The translations under genes and the position numbers were made by a program. A stretch of 64,000 nt of DNA, from the sequence record LR756501.1, one strand, 5' to 3'. The notes under the pieces were generated by a model. That model was not told the DNA's origin. It saw only the letters and a list, made by a program, of their open reading frames with translations, and did no database searches. Shown one piece after another: positions 49,448-58,101 of this stretch. Within the stretch, counting starts at the first letter, position 1. Each line of letters begins with the position of its first letter.

Positions 49448-49477
49448 AATTTATTTTTTCACTTTCCAAAATAAATT
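49448..49477 (-). promoter_or_regulatory. Stem-loop presenting GGAAAGUGAA just upstream of the 2372-aa gene start
   Basis: Perfect 10-bp arms AATTTATTTT/AAAATAAATT, located between AATATATA (49494-49501) and the ATG (49436). Confidence 0.5.
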
Positions 49478-49537
49478 TTAGAATACTTGGGTCTATATAT
49501 TAAATAAAAATATTGCAATTTTGATTTTTAGAAGTTA

Positions 49538-50236
49538 TTATACATACGGTGCCCAGAAAGCGTTACTACTAGTAATAGTTTTGCTCAAACCACTAGAATC
49601 ATCAAATACAGTACTAGGTGTTGAAGCTAATAATAATAATTTGGTGCCAGTTACAGCGGTTAATGGTTTAGTTGGAATATCAAAATTAGAAGAATATAGA
49701 CATGTTCCTTTTATCCATCTAAAATTTGTTATATTACCACCAAATGCAGCCGAACCTAAATGATCTGTTTGATTCCCAATACATAAATCATCTGTTCCAG
49801 TATAATTAAAAGATGATGATATATCTGATCCAATTTGGGTACCATCTTTGAAAGTTTTAATTGTTGAACCACTTCTGGTAACAGCAAAATGAACCCATGC
49901 GTTTTTATACGAACCTATAGATCCCTGATCAATTAATAACCCGCCTTCCCAGTAATAAAAAAGTCCACCTTCTAATGATACTGATATTGTAGAGCTTGGC
50001 CAAGAACCTTGTGACCAAGGCCTTGTGTATGGACTATTATCTGTTTGATATTGGAACCATTCTACTGTGAAATCGCCTGTTCCAAATTGAAAATCTACAT
50101 CGCTTGCAATAGTAATATAAGATGATGTATTTCCTGTAAATAATATAGTACCGTATAGTACAGATATTGGTATATTTCCAATGGTTATACTACCACCATT
50201 TATAGTAAGTGATGATTTTCCATTTAGAGTTATCAT
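49538..50236 (-). CDS. Concanavalin A-like / LamG domain protein
   Basis: GDFTVEWFQY, WVHFAVTRSG, FGGNITNFRWIKG; start re-called at 50236 (ATGA overlap). Confidence 0.85.
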   Translation of the reverse strand: MITLNGKSSLTINGGSITIGNIPISVLYGTILFTGNTSSYITIASDVDFQFGTGDFTVEWFQYQTDNSPYTRPWSQGSWPSSTISVSLEGGLFYYWEGGLLIDQGSIGSYKNAWVHFAVTRSGSTIKTFKDGTQIGSDISSSFNYTGTDDLCIGNQTDHLGSAAFGGNITNFRWIKGTCLYSSNFDIPTKPLTAVTGTKLLLLASTPSTVFDDSSGLSKTITSSNAFWAPYV

Positions 50237-53200
50237 ATTACTTTTATTGCGGTTTTTACGTTCCAAGTGCCACCAGTTATAACAGCTAACAATCTTACGT
50301 TAGATCCAGAAATATCTACGTCAAAAGATACGTCATTTGTTGAACCACCTAAATCACGTGTTGAAGTTTCAGTATATTGAACATTAGTACCGTCCCAAAC
50401 AGAAGACACATTTCCTGCTCTCATTGTTCCACCACTTGAAACATAATAATCAAAGAAAGCAGCGTTTCCACTAGTTTTCAAAACATTGGCTATAGCGTAA
50501 GTTGAAGCAGTTAAACTTGTAAATAATGTACTGTTTTGATATAAATTACCGTTTAATGTGAAGTTACCATTTAATGTTAAATTATCATTCCATGTAGGTG
50601 TTCCACCAACATAGGTTAAACCTGATATCGCCTCCCATTGAGTTAAAAATAAATGGTAAAATTGATCATTTCCTCCTCCCTGTAAATTAGATAAATCATT
50701 ATGATCTCCTGTTGTAGAAAGGGCAAATGCAGCAGAGAATATACTATCTATTTGATATGCAGTATCATGGGCTTGTTCGACAATGATACGGCCTACTAAT
50801 ATCGCGTGAGATGTAATAATAGAAGGTAAATTTGGTGGTGGTAAACTACCTTGTGCTTCAAGTAAAGTGTAATTACCTTGTCCTAGGACCATATAACACT
50901 CATTTTCAACTTCAACTCCTCGATAAATGTAGTTCACCGCGTATTTATTAGGATTTAAAGTTTGTAATCCTAATCCATTATCATATTGTAAATTATTATA
51001 TTGTGTTACACCACTTGGAGCTTCCCACGTTCCGCCAGAATTATGATATAAAAAGAATAGGGTATTGCCTGATGAGTTAAAAGAGGGTAAAGTAAAATTA
51101 TTTGCACCTACCCACACTATACCTTCTGTTAATGTTACTGTTCTACCACTTGTTATTTCACCTAATGCCAATCCACTTTGTAATCTATATCTTTGTGTTT
51201 TAACAATGGATTGATGTATTTTATTAACTAAAGCCAAACCAAGATTTTGCCAAGGTAAAATGTGTAATCTAGTCCCACCTCTATAAATTGTTAAGAATGG
51301 TATAATTGTAGTTTCATTAATTAATGTTACATCAGTAATGATGCGAATATAAGGATTGCCTCCATCGTAATCAGCAACTACATAATTAGTCATTAAATCT
51401 GTTAAGGCAAATGTTCCGCCAGTTATTTCATAAGTTCTAATTAATCCACTACCATCAGCGTTTTTTGATAAGTTGAATAATCCAGTATTTCCAATTGTAA
51501 CGCCTGTTCCGTTATCGACATAAGTTGGTGTTATTACCATACCAGTTGATAATCTTTGATTTCTATTGAAAATTGACCAATGTCCCTGTCCGTCACTCTG
51601 GTAACGAACATTATTATATTTTGAAATTTGAATATTATAAGTATCGCCAGCTATAACATCACTACCATTAGGAATAATTTTTAATCTGTTCGTAGCAGTT
51701 ACATTTCCATTCTCATCGTTAACTTCAATAACTTGACCAAAAGTAGTAGCGGGAGGTAAAGTAACTGTTCTTTTCTGTGTTAAACTAGTATAAGATATCG
51801 TTAAATTAGTTGTTCCAGTTATAATATAATCAGCGTCAGCAACAGGTACTCTTGTTGTTATAAAGGATGATCCAGATGTTCCTGACGACCCACTAGTGCC
51901 AGATGTTCCACTTGTTCCAGATTCACCTGAACTACCAGATGTTCCACTTGTACCACTCGTTCCACTTGTACCTGTTGTTCCAGATGTACCACTTGTTCCA
52001 CTAGAACCACTCAATCCAGTTTCACCTGAACTACCTGATGTTCCACTTATACCAGATGTACCTGATGTTCCAGCAAATACAGTAGATTTCTTTATGGTTG
52101 TTCCATCAAGAATTAAATACGTTGTAGTTGAACCAGTTACTATATTTGTAACATCCAAAGTGCCATTTAAAAATGTATTTCCTGTTAAATTAAGATTTCC
52201 TAATCCGTCTATTGTTAATACTGTATTACCAGAATCATCATTTATAGTTAAAATGTTTCCACCTACTGAATCAACAACTGATAATAACTGACCGTTATAA
52301 CCATTAATATTAAGTACAGTGCCGCCAGATCCTGATATTGTTAAAGTATTACCGTCATATGTTAATCCACTACTTGTTTCATATCCATATGTAGCACCAC
52401 TATCCCTAAATAATATCTCGTGAGTATTACCAATTAAAGGTAAAAATCCAGAAGTTCCAGATGAACCACTTGTTCCTGATGTTCCACTAATGCCTGATGT
52501 TCCACTTGTTCCTGATGTTCCTGAACTACCACTAGTTCCAGATGAACCTGGACTACCAACACCACTTGTTCCAGAACTACCAGCTGTTCCACTAGTTCCC
52601 GATGTGCCTGAAGTTCCACTAGTTCCCGATGTTCCACTTGTTCCAGAAGAACCACTTGTTCCTGATGCGCCTGAAGTTCCACTAGTTCCTGAAGTACCAG
52701 ATGAACCACTGGTGCCCGTTGTACCTGAAGTCCCACTAGTTCCCGATGTCCCACTAGTTCCAGAAGAACCATTTGTTCCTGATGTTCCTGAAGTTCCAGT
52801 TGTGCCACTTGTTCCAGTAATACCACTAGAACCACTTGTACCTGAAGTTCCACTAGTACCTGAAGTGCCTGAAGAACCAGTTAACCCAGATGAACCACTT
52901 GTTCCTGTTGTGCCTGATGTTCCACTAGTTCCTGATGTACCTGTTATACCACTTGTTCCAGAAGTTCCGGTTGTACCACTAGTTCCGTCTTTTCCACTAG
53001 TACCACTAGTACCACTTGTCCCAGAAGTACCTGATGTTCCACTTGTTCCAGATGAACCGCTTGTCCCAGAAGAACCACTTGTCCCTGAAGATCCTGATGT
53101 ACCACTAGTCCCTGATGTTCCAGAAGTGCCACTGGTACCTGTTGTACCAGATGTTCCACTCGTGCCTGATGTACCATCTTTACCAGATGTGCCACTAGTT

Positions 53201-55227
53201 CCTGAACTACCTGATGTTCCACTAGTTCCTGAAGTTCCACTAGTTCCTGAAGTTCCACTTGATCCACTAGTTCCAGAAGAACCACTTGTTCCAGTAATAC
53301 CACTAGTTCCTGCAGTTCCACTGGTTCCCGAAGTTCCTGTTGTGCCTGATGTGCCACTAGTTCCAGAAGAACCACTGGTTCCTGATGTTCCTGAACTACC
53401 TGGTGTGCCTGAATGTACCCATAATACGCTGAGCAGATTACCCTCACTAAATGAACCTATTTTACTTATCTCAGTAAAAGCAAATCTATAATAATTTGAA
53501 ATTAAAATCGCGTCCTCCGCAATTAAACATATCATATAGTTAATACCCTGTCTATCTGATATTTGTATTAAATCATTAGCCTTAATTCTGCTCCAAATTG
53601 CGCTATCATCATTACTAGCGTCATCTACTCTATTTATGTATATATAAGAAGGATCTCTATATAAAGCTCCACTATTTGTATATGTTGATGACCAATGATA
53701 ACGGAACATTGGATTGATGCCATCTTCACCAGACGAACCTGATGTTCCTGAAGTCCCTGATGTACCACTAGTACCAGAAGTGCCACTTGTACCACTAGTT
53801 CCAGAAGTACCATCTTTACCACTAGTTCCTGAAGTGCCGTCTTTACCACTTGTTCCAGATGATCCTAGAAATGATCCATCCTTACCAGAACTACCTGAAG
53901 TTCCAGTTGTCCCACTGGTTCCACTGGTTCCTGTTGTTCCTGAAGTTCCAGTCGTCCCACTAGTTCCACTAGTGCCTGTTGTACCAGAAGTACCTGATGT
54001 CCCACTAGTTCCTGATGTTCCATCTTTTCCACTAGTGCCTGATGTGCCTGTTGTTCCTGACGTACCAGATGTTCCAGAAGAACCTGATGTCCCACTAGTT
54101 CCAGATGTACCACTAGTTCCACTAGTTCCAGTTGTGCCTGATGTACCACTTGTTCCGGTTGTGCCAGATGTTCCATCTTTTCCACTAGTGCCTGATGTAC
54201 CTGATGTTCCAGAAGAACCTGATGTCCCACTAGTTCCAGTTGTACCACTAGTACCTGTTGTTCCACTGGTTCCATTTGTCCCCGATGTGCCTGAAGTTCC
54301 ACTGGTTCCATTTGTCCCCGATGTGCCTGAAGTTCCACTGGTTCCTGATGTACCATTTGTACCAGATGATCCTGATGTTCCACTGGTTCCAGCAGTTCCA
54401 CTGGTTCCCGAAGTTCCGCTTGTTCCAGCAGTTCCACTTGTCCCACTGGTTCCGTCTAATCCAGATGTTCCACTAGTGCCAGCAGTTCCACTAGTTCCTG
54501 ATGTTCCGTCTATACCACTTGTTCCTGAAGTTCCACCAGTACCACTGGAGCCATGTGTACCGAAAAATGTTCCATCAACACCCGAGCTACCTGATGTACC
54601 TGCTGTTCCACTTGTTCCTGATGTTCCACTTGTTCCACTAGTCCCTGTTGTGCCACTTGTGCCAGATGTTCCAGAAGTTCCGTGACTACCTCTTATACCA
54701 TCTTTTCCGTCTCTACCTGACTTACCTGAACTACCACTAGTTCCTGAAGTTCCGCTACTACCCGATGAACCACTTGTGCCTGATGTGCCTGTTGTTCCAC
54801 TTGTACCTGATGAACCAAGAAAATTTCCGTCTTTACCATCTTTACCCGAAGATCCACTTGTACCAGTGCGTCCTGATGTTCCAGATGTACCAAAAGTTCC
54901 ATCGTGTCCACTTCTACCAGATGAACCAGATATACCACTAGAACCATATCCTGAAGTTCCCGATGATCCGCTATATCCGCTACTTCCCGAACTACCACTA
55001 CTACCGTAAAAATTACCATCAACACCAGAAGAGCCTGATGTTCCACTAGTTCCGCTTGTGCCAGATGTTATACCACTAGTAACACCAGATAAGTATAATA
55101 AATTAACATACTCTACTGTTGCAGCTGAAGGGGAGTCAAAGAAAGTTGGGAGAGATAAATCAAGATTACGTTGTTCTATTGTGTAATCATCTATCTGTTT
55201 TCCTTTAATTTTATCACGTGGAATCAT
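50233..55227 (-). CDS. Collagen-like (GTS)n fibre protein, 1664 aa
   Basis: Three GTS blocks separated by globular domains; fibre-type C-terminal domains. Confidence 0.85.
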   Translation of the reverse strand: MIPRDKIKGKQIDDYTIEQRNLDLSLPTFFDSPSAATVEYVNLLYLSGVTSGITSGTSGTSGTSGSSGVDGNFYGSSGSSGSSGYSGSSGTSGYGSSGISGSSGRSGHDGTFGTSGTSGRTGTSGSSGKDGKDGNFLGSSGTSGTTGTSGTSGSSGSSGTSGTSGSSGKSGRDGKDGIRGSHGTSGTSGTSGTTGTSGTSGTSGTSGTAGTSGSSGVDGTFFGTHGSSGTGGTSGTSGIDGTSGTSGTAGTSGTSGLDGTSGTSGTAGTSGTSGTSGTAGTSGTSGSSGTNGTSGTSGTSGTSGTNGTSGTSGTSGTNGTSGTTGTSGTTGTSGTSGSSGTSGTSGTSGKDGTSGTTGTSGTSGTTGTSGTSGTSGTSGTSGSSGTSGTSGTTGTSGTSGKDGTSGTSGTSGTSGTTGTSGTSGTTGTSGTTGTSGTSGTTGTSGSSGKDGSFLGSSGTSGKDGTSGTSGKDGTSGTSGTSGTSGTSGTSGTSGTSGSSGEDGINPMFRYHWSSTYTNSGALYRDPSYIYINRVDDASNDDSAIWSRIKANDLIQISDRQGINYMICLIAEDAILISNYYRFAFTEISKIGSFSEGNLLSVLWVHSGTPGSSGTSGTSGSSGTSGTSGTTGTSGTSGTAGTSGITGTSGSSGTSGSSGTSGTSGTSGTSGTSGSSGTSGTSGKDGTSGTSGTSGTTGTSGTSGTSGTSGTSGSSGTSGSSGTSGSSGTSGTSGTSGTSGTSGTSGKDGTSGTTGTSGTSGITGTSGTSGTSGTTGTSGSSGLTGSSGTSGTSGTSGTSGSSGITGTSGTTGTSGTSGTNGSSGTSGTSGTSGTSGTTGTSGSSGTSGTSGTSGASGTSGSSGTSGTSGTSGTSGTSGTSGTAGSSGTSGVGSPGSSGTSGSSGTSGTSGTSGISGTSGTSGSSGTSGFLPLIGNTHEILFRDSGATYGYETSSGLTYDGNTLTISGSGGTVLNINGYNGQLLSVVDSVGGNILTINDDSGNTVLTIDGLGNLNLTGNTFLNGTLDVTNIVTGSTTTYLILDGTTIKKSTVFAGTSGTSGISGTSGSSGETGLSGSSGTSGTSGTTGTSGTSGTSGTSGSSGESGTSGTSGTSGSSGTSGSSFITTRVPVADADYIITGTTNLTISYTSLTQKRTVTLPPATTFGQVIEVNDENGNVTATNRLKIIPNGSDVIAGDTYNIQISKYNNVRYQSDGQGHWSIFNRNQRLSTGMVITPTYVDNGTGVTIGNTGLFNLSKNADGSGLIRTYEITGGTFALTDLMTNYVVADYDGGNPYIRIITDVTLINETTIIPFLTIYRGGTRLHILPWQNLGLALVNKIHQSIVKTQRYRLQSGLALGEITSGRTVTLTEGIVWVGANNFTLPSFNSSGNTLFFLYHNSGGTWEAPSGVTQYNNLQYDNGLGLQTLNPNKYAVNYIYRGVEVENECYMVLGQGNYTLLEAQGSLPPPNLPSIITSHAILVGRIIVEQAHDTAYQIDSIFSAAFALSTTGDHNDLSNLQGGGNDQFYHLFLTQWEAISGLTYVGGTPTWNDNLTLNGNFTLNGNLYQNSTLFTSLTASTYAIANVLKTSGNAAFFDYYVSSGGTMRAGNVSSVWDGTNVQYTETSTRDLGGSTNDVSFDVDISGSNVRLLAVITGGTWNVKTAIKVI

Positions 55228-55288
55228 TTTTTACCCGGAGTTTTCTCATATATATTAAAATTAAAAACTTGAATAAAATAAGGAGTGA

Positions 55289-55924
55289 TTATATCAAATA
55301 ACTGAAATCCATCATATCAGTACTCTCTACATCAAATCCTGCTGTGTAACCAACCCAATATAGTTGATCCCCTAGCATTACATCACCGTCATTTACTCTG
55401 GCTTGATATGGATCACCAGCGGCGGCGACAGATGTGAAATAACAACCATATTGATTAGCTTCAATCGGTAAAGTTGGAAGACCGCACTCAATATGACTAC
55501 TTCCTCTTATAATAACTTCAACTCTAGAAGTTGGTTGCTGTTGAATTGGTGTAGTTGAAACCAATTGTGGATTAGTCCAAGGATCAGCGTTAGGTGTAAT
55601 ATCTCTACACCACATATTTCTATTTAATGTGTTAAATGTAGGTCTATTAGGTCTTGTAATATCACCTTTAGCAATCATTAATGATTTTCTGTAAGAGTCC
55701 AGTTTATCAAGAGCCTGTTGAGCAACAGTTCTACTTTCAAAACTTAATATCAAATCATTTTTATTAGTAATCTTAATAACCAAACAATTATTCTTAACAA
55801 AATAATGTGATATATCAGTAGTCAAACTATCAATATAATTATTATCTTTGTCCCATATAATTAATCTCTGGTCTCCGTTTATTGGAACAGAAACGAAATT
55901 GTCTAGCTTAAATTCATACGTCAT
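55289..55924 (-). CDS. Hypothetical, probably virion-associated protein
   Basis: 211-aa ORF co-oriented with the fibre genes. Confidence 0.7.
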   Translation of the reverse strand: MTYEFKLDNFVSVPINGDQRLIIWDKDNNYIDSLTTDISHYFVKNNCLVIKITNKNDLILSFESRTVAQQALDKLDSYRKSLMIAKGDITRPNRPTFNTLNRNMWCRDITPNADPWTNPQLVSTTPIQQQPTSRVEVIIRGSSHIECGLPTLPIEANQYGCYFTSVAAAGDPYQARVNDGDVMLGDQLYWVGYTAGFDVESTDMMDFSYLI

Positions 55925-55939
55925 TTAAAAAAATTATTT

Positions 55940-57070
55940 TTAAGTTATTATCATATAAAATTGTAAAACGCTATTGTTATTAGCTAAATCTTTAACTTCA
56001 AATAATATATTATACGTACCTACATCAGTTATAACTGTAATTGGCACTATATCATTCTGAGCGTTAATAGTCACTTGTATATCATATTTACTTATTTCAC
56101 CATCCCTATTATCAGTCACACCAGATATGAAATAATCTATCAAATTAGTTGTGGTTAAAGTAGAACCACTTGGTAAAGTGTAAAGATAAACGTCTGTAAC
56201 ACCACTTGTTATACCTGTTGTAGTTCCTGTCGTTAATCCACTATTCATGATATATGTTGGAACAGTAGTATCTACTGGTGGAGCAGTTATAGTCAATATT
56301 CTACTTCTTTGTGCTTTTAATACCCAATTAATTCTACTGTTAGCTTGATCTAAATTAAATTCACTTAAAAAATTCAATATTACTTTCTCTTCTGTGTCCA
56401 ATCCAATCCATAAAGTAGTAGCGTCAACTTTTAATATTGTGCGTATATTAGTATATGGTATAACAGCAAGAGTATTACCAGTTATATCCAATATTTTTAA
56501 TTCTGTTGATCCTATTGATGTTGGTATAGTGTAGTTTACAATATCAGATGTAATTGAATTCCAATATAATCCATTGAATGAACTACTTTGAGCGTACTGT
56601 TGTGTATTTGTTAAACTACTTTGTGGTAAGTTAGCCATTAAAACTTCAAGATATACTTTGTACTTTGAACTAGGATTATTCAAATATATTTGAGGTATTC
56701 TATTTGTACTATTACCTGTTAATAATAACATTTGACCCATTGATCTTTTCATACCTGGATCGTCTTTGTAATAATATTGTATATATTGCTCTGTCTCAAC
56801 AGCCCAGTTTGGATCAAGTGGCATATATTTTGCCCTAATAAGTAAGAATGTAATATTCTCACCTAAAAACCCGTACATAAGAGGTTGGTCAGCTGCGTTC
56901 TCGTTAAGTGTGAGCTGTGATAAATAATAAGAGTCGTACCTAATCTCAAGACCATCTAAATTCATTTTACCTTTCATGTTTGGTCCTTCAATGACGATCC
57001 ACGAACACTCATAAGGTTTAATGAGTTTCTCAGTAGGGGTTAATAATAAATTAGGTTGTATATATGGCAT
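55940..57070 (-). CDS. Hypothetical, probably virion-associated protein with Ig-like C-terminus
   Basis: 376 aa; ends in VTDNRDG...GTYNILFEVKDLANN. Confidence 0.7.
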   Translation of the reverse strand: MPYIQPNLLLTPTEKLIKPYECSWIVIEGPNMKGKMNLDGLEIRYDSYYLSQLTLNENAADQPLMYGFLGENITFLLIRAKYMPLDPNWAVETEQYIQYYYKDDPGMKRSMGQMLLLTGNSTNRIPQIYLNNPSSKYKVYLEVLMANLPQSSLTNTQQYAQSSSFNGLYWNSITSDIVNYTIPTSIGSTELKILDITGNTLAVIPYTNIRTILKVDATTLWIGLDTEEKVILNFLSEFNLDQANSRINWVLKAQRSRILTITAPPVDTTVPTYIMNSGLTTGTTTGITSGVTDVYLYTLPSGSTLTTTNLIDYFISGVTDNRDGEISKYDIQVTINAQNDIVPITVITDVGTYNILFEVKDLANNNSVLQFYMIIT

Positions 57071-57087
57071 TGTAAGTTATTATTTTT

Positions 57088-57321
57088 TTAATACATCATT
57101 TTCAATTCATCTAAGGCTTCTACAGCCGCTACGATTCTATTACGCATTTCATTTGAAATGGTTCTATCGTCTTCTTGCTCGATTATTCTACCTATCTCAT
57201 CTAAAAGTGGATAAGCCATCTCTATAAGATCGTTCAATCTCTTAGTATCAATTGCAACTGCAACTTCCTCTTCTGGTTGAAATTGTTCGTATTTCTTTAA
57301 TTTAGTTGTGCCTTTTCTCAT
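57088..57321 (-). CDS. Small helical protein with CTS-like start
   Basis: MRKGTTKLKKYEQF. Confidence 0.7.
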   Translation of the reverse strand: MRKGTTKLKKYEQFQPEEEVAVAIDTKRLNDLIEMAYPLLDEIGRIIEQEDDRTISNEMRNRIVAAVEALDELKMMY

Positions 57322-57338
57322 ACATTTTTATTTATTTT

Positions 57339-58031
57339 TTATCTGTGTATATTTTTCCACATCGCTGCGGCAGCCACCTTTTTACCTTTTTCTTCAGATC
57401 CGTAGTGAGCCGCTGCCTTCTTAGCGACAGCATCAAAATTTTTACCTTTTTTACCTATATCTTCGCCCTTCTTGGCACTCTTAACTATTTCAGATTTTTT
57501 CTTCTTAGTTAAACCAGCAGATGGTTTTTTCTTTTCTATAATTAATCCTTCATTCTTAAATCCTTCTTCTGATTCACCAGATAACCATCTCTTATATCTT
57601 CTTAGTAGTGCAATAAGCTCAGCGTTATCTTCAACAATACGTCTTCTACCTCTGGCATCAGTCTCCAAATATTTCTTCACTCCTTCGTCTTCCAAAGCAT
57701 CAAGAATTTTATTAACATCTATCTTGTATTTTTGCATATCGTAGAACAAAGCAAATTCTGGTCTTCCTTCTTCGTTCTTCATAACCTGCATAGCGATAGC
57801 CAATTCACCGACTATATCACTTATTTTATCGTAACCAGCTCTATTTTTATAAGTGTTTCTTATATTTTTAAAGTCTAAATGTACAAAGTCGTCAAGTAAA
57901 GACATAACGTGTAAAAATTTTTGAATGCCTTTTGAATTGTGCATTTTTCTCATTACATCAAAGGCTGCGTGTTTATTTTTATCGTATTCCTCATTTACGG
58001 AATATTGGTCGAAATTCATAAGATTGTTCAT
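57339..58031 (-). CDS. CTS-bearing protein with basic C-terminal module
   Basis: MNNLMNFDQYSVNE start; after LIIE a Lys/Ala-rich AKKGEDIGKKGKNF...YGSEEKGKKVAAA module. Confidence 0.8.
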   Translation of the reverse strand: MNNLMNFDQYSVNEEYDKNKHAAFDVMRKMHNSKGIQKFLHVMSLLDDFVHLDFKNIRNTYKNRAGYDKISDIVGELAIAMQVMKNEEGRPEFALFYDMQKYKIDVNKILDALEDEGVKKYLETDARGRRRIVEDNAELIALLRRYKRWLSGESEEGFKNEGLIIEKKKPSAGLTKKKKSEIVKSAKKGEDIGKKGKNFDAVAKKAAAHYGSEEKGKKVAAAAMWKNIHR

Positions 58032-58101
58032 AGGTGTGATATTAATTTTTGGTTTTCTTGTTTTTATATATATATTAAATTAAAAAACTCCTTTTTTTGA
58101 A

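Noticed and set aside
34603-54685. Very long plus-strand ORFs of VPL/VPD/VPE repeats (1399, 946, 333, 323 aa and others) antisense to the GTS genes
   Set aside because: Compositional artefact. A stop in that antisense frame needs sense codons starting TA or CA (Tyr, His, Gln), which are absent from Gly/Thr/Ser repeats. The ORFs end where the repeats end.
34436-55046. Minus-strand alternative-frame ORFs (ELVEHQVHL-type)
   Set aside because: Shifted-frame read-through of the same 9-bp repeat; no independent start signals or domains.
33834-55227. Possible CRISPR array or DGR in the repeat-rich region
   Set aside because: The repeats are degenerate in-frame codon triplets with no constant repeat plus unique spacer structure. 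There is no cas or reverse transcriptase gene and no adenine-specific variation.
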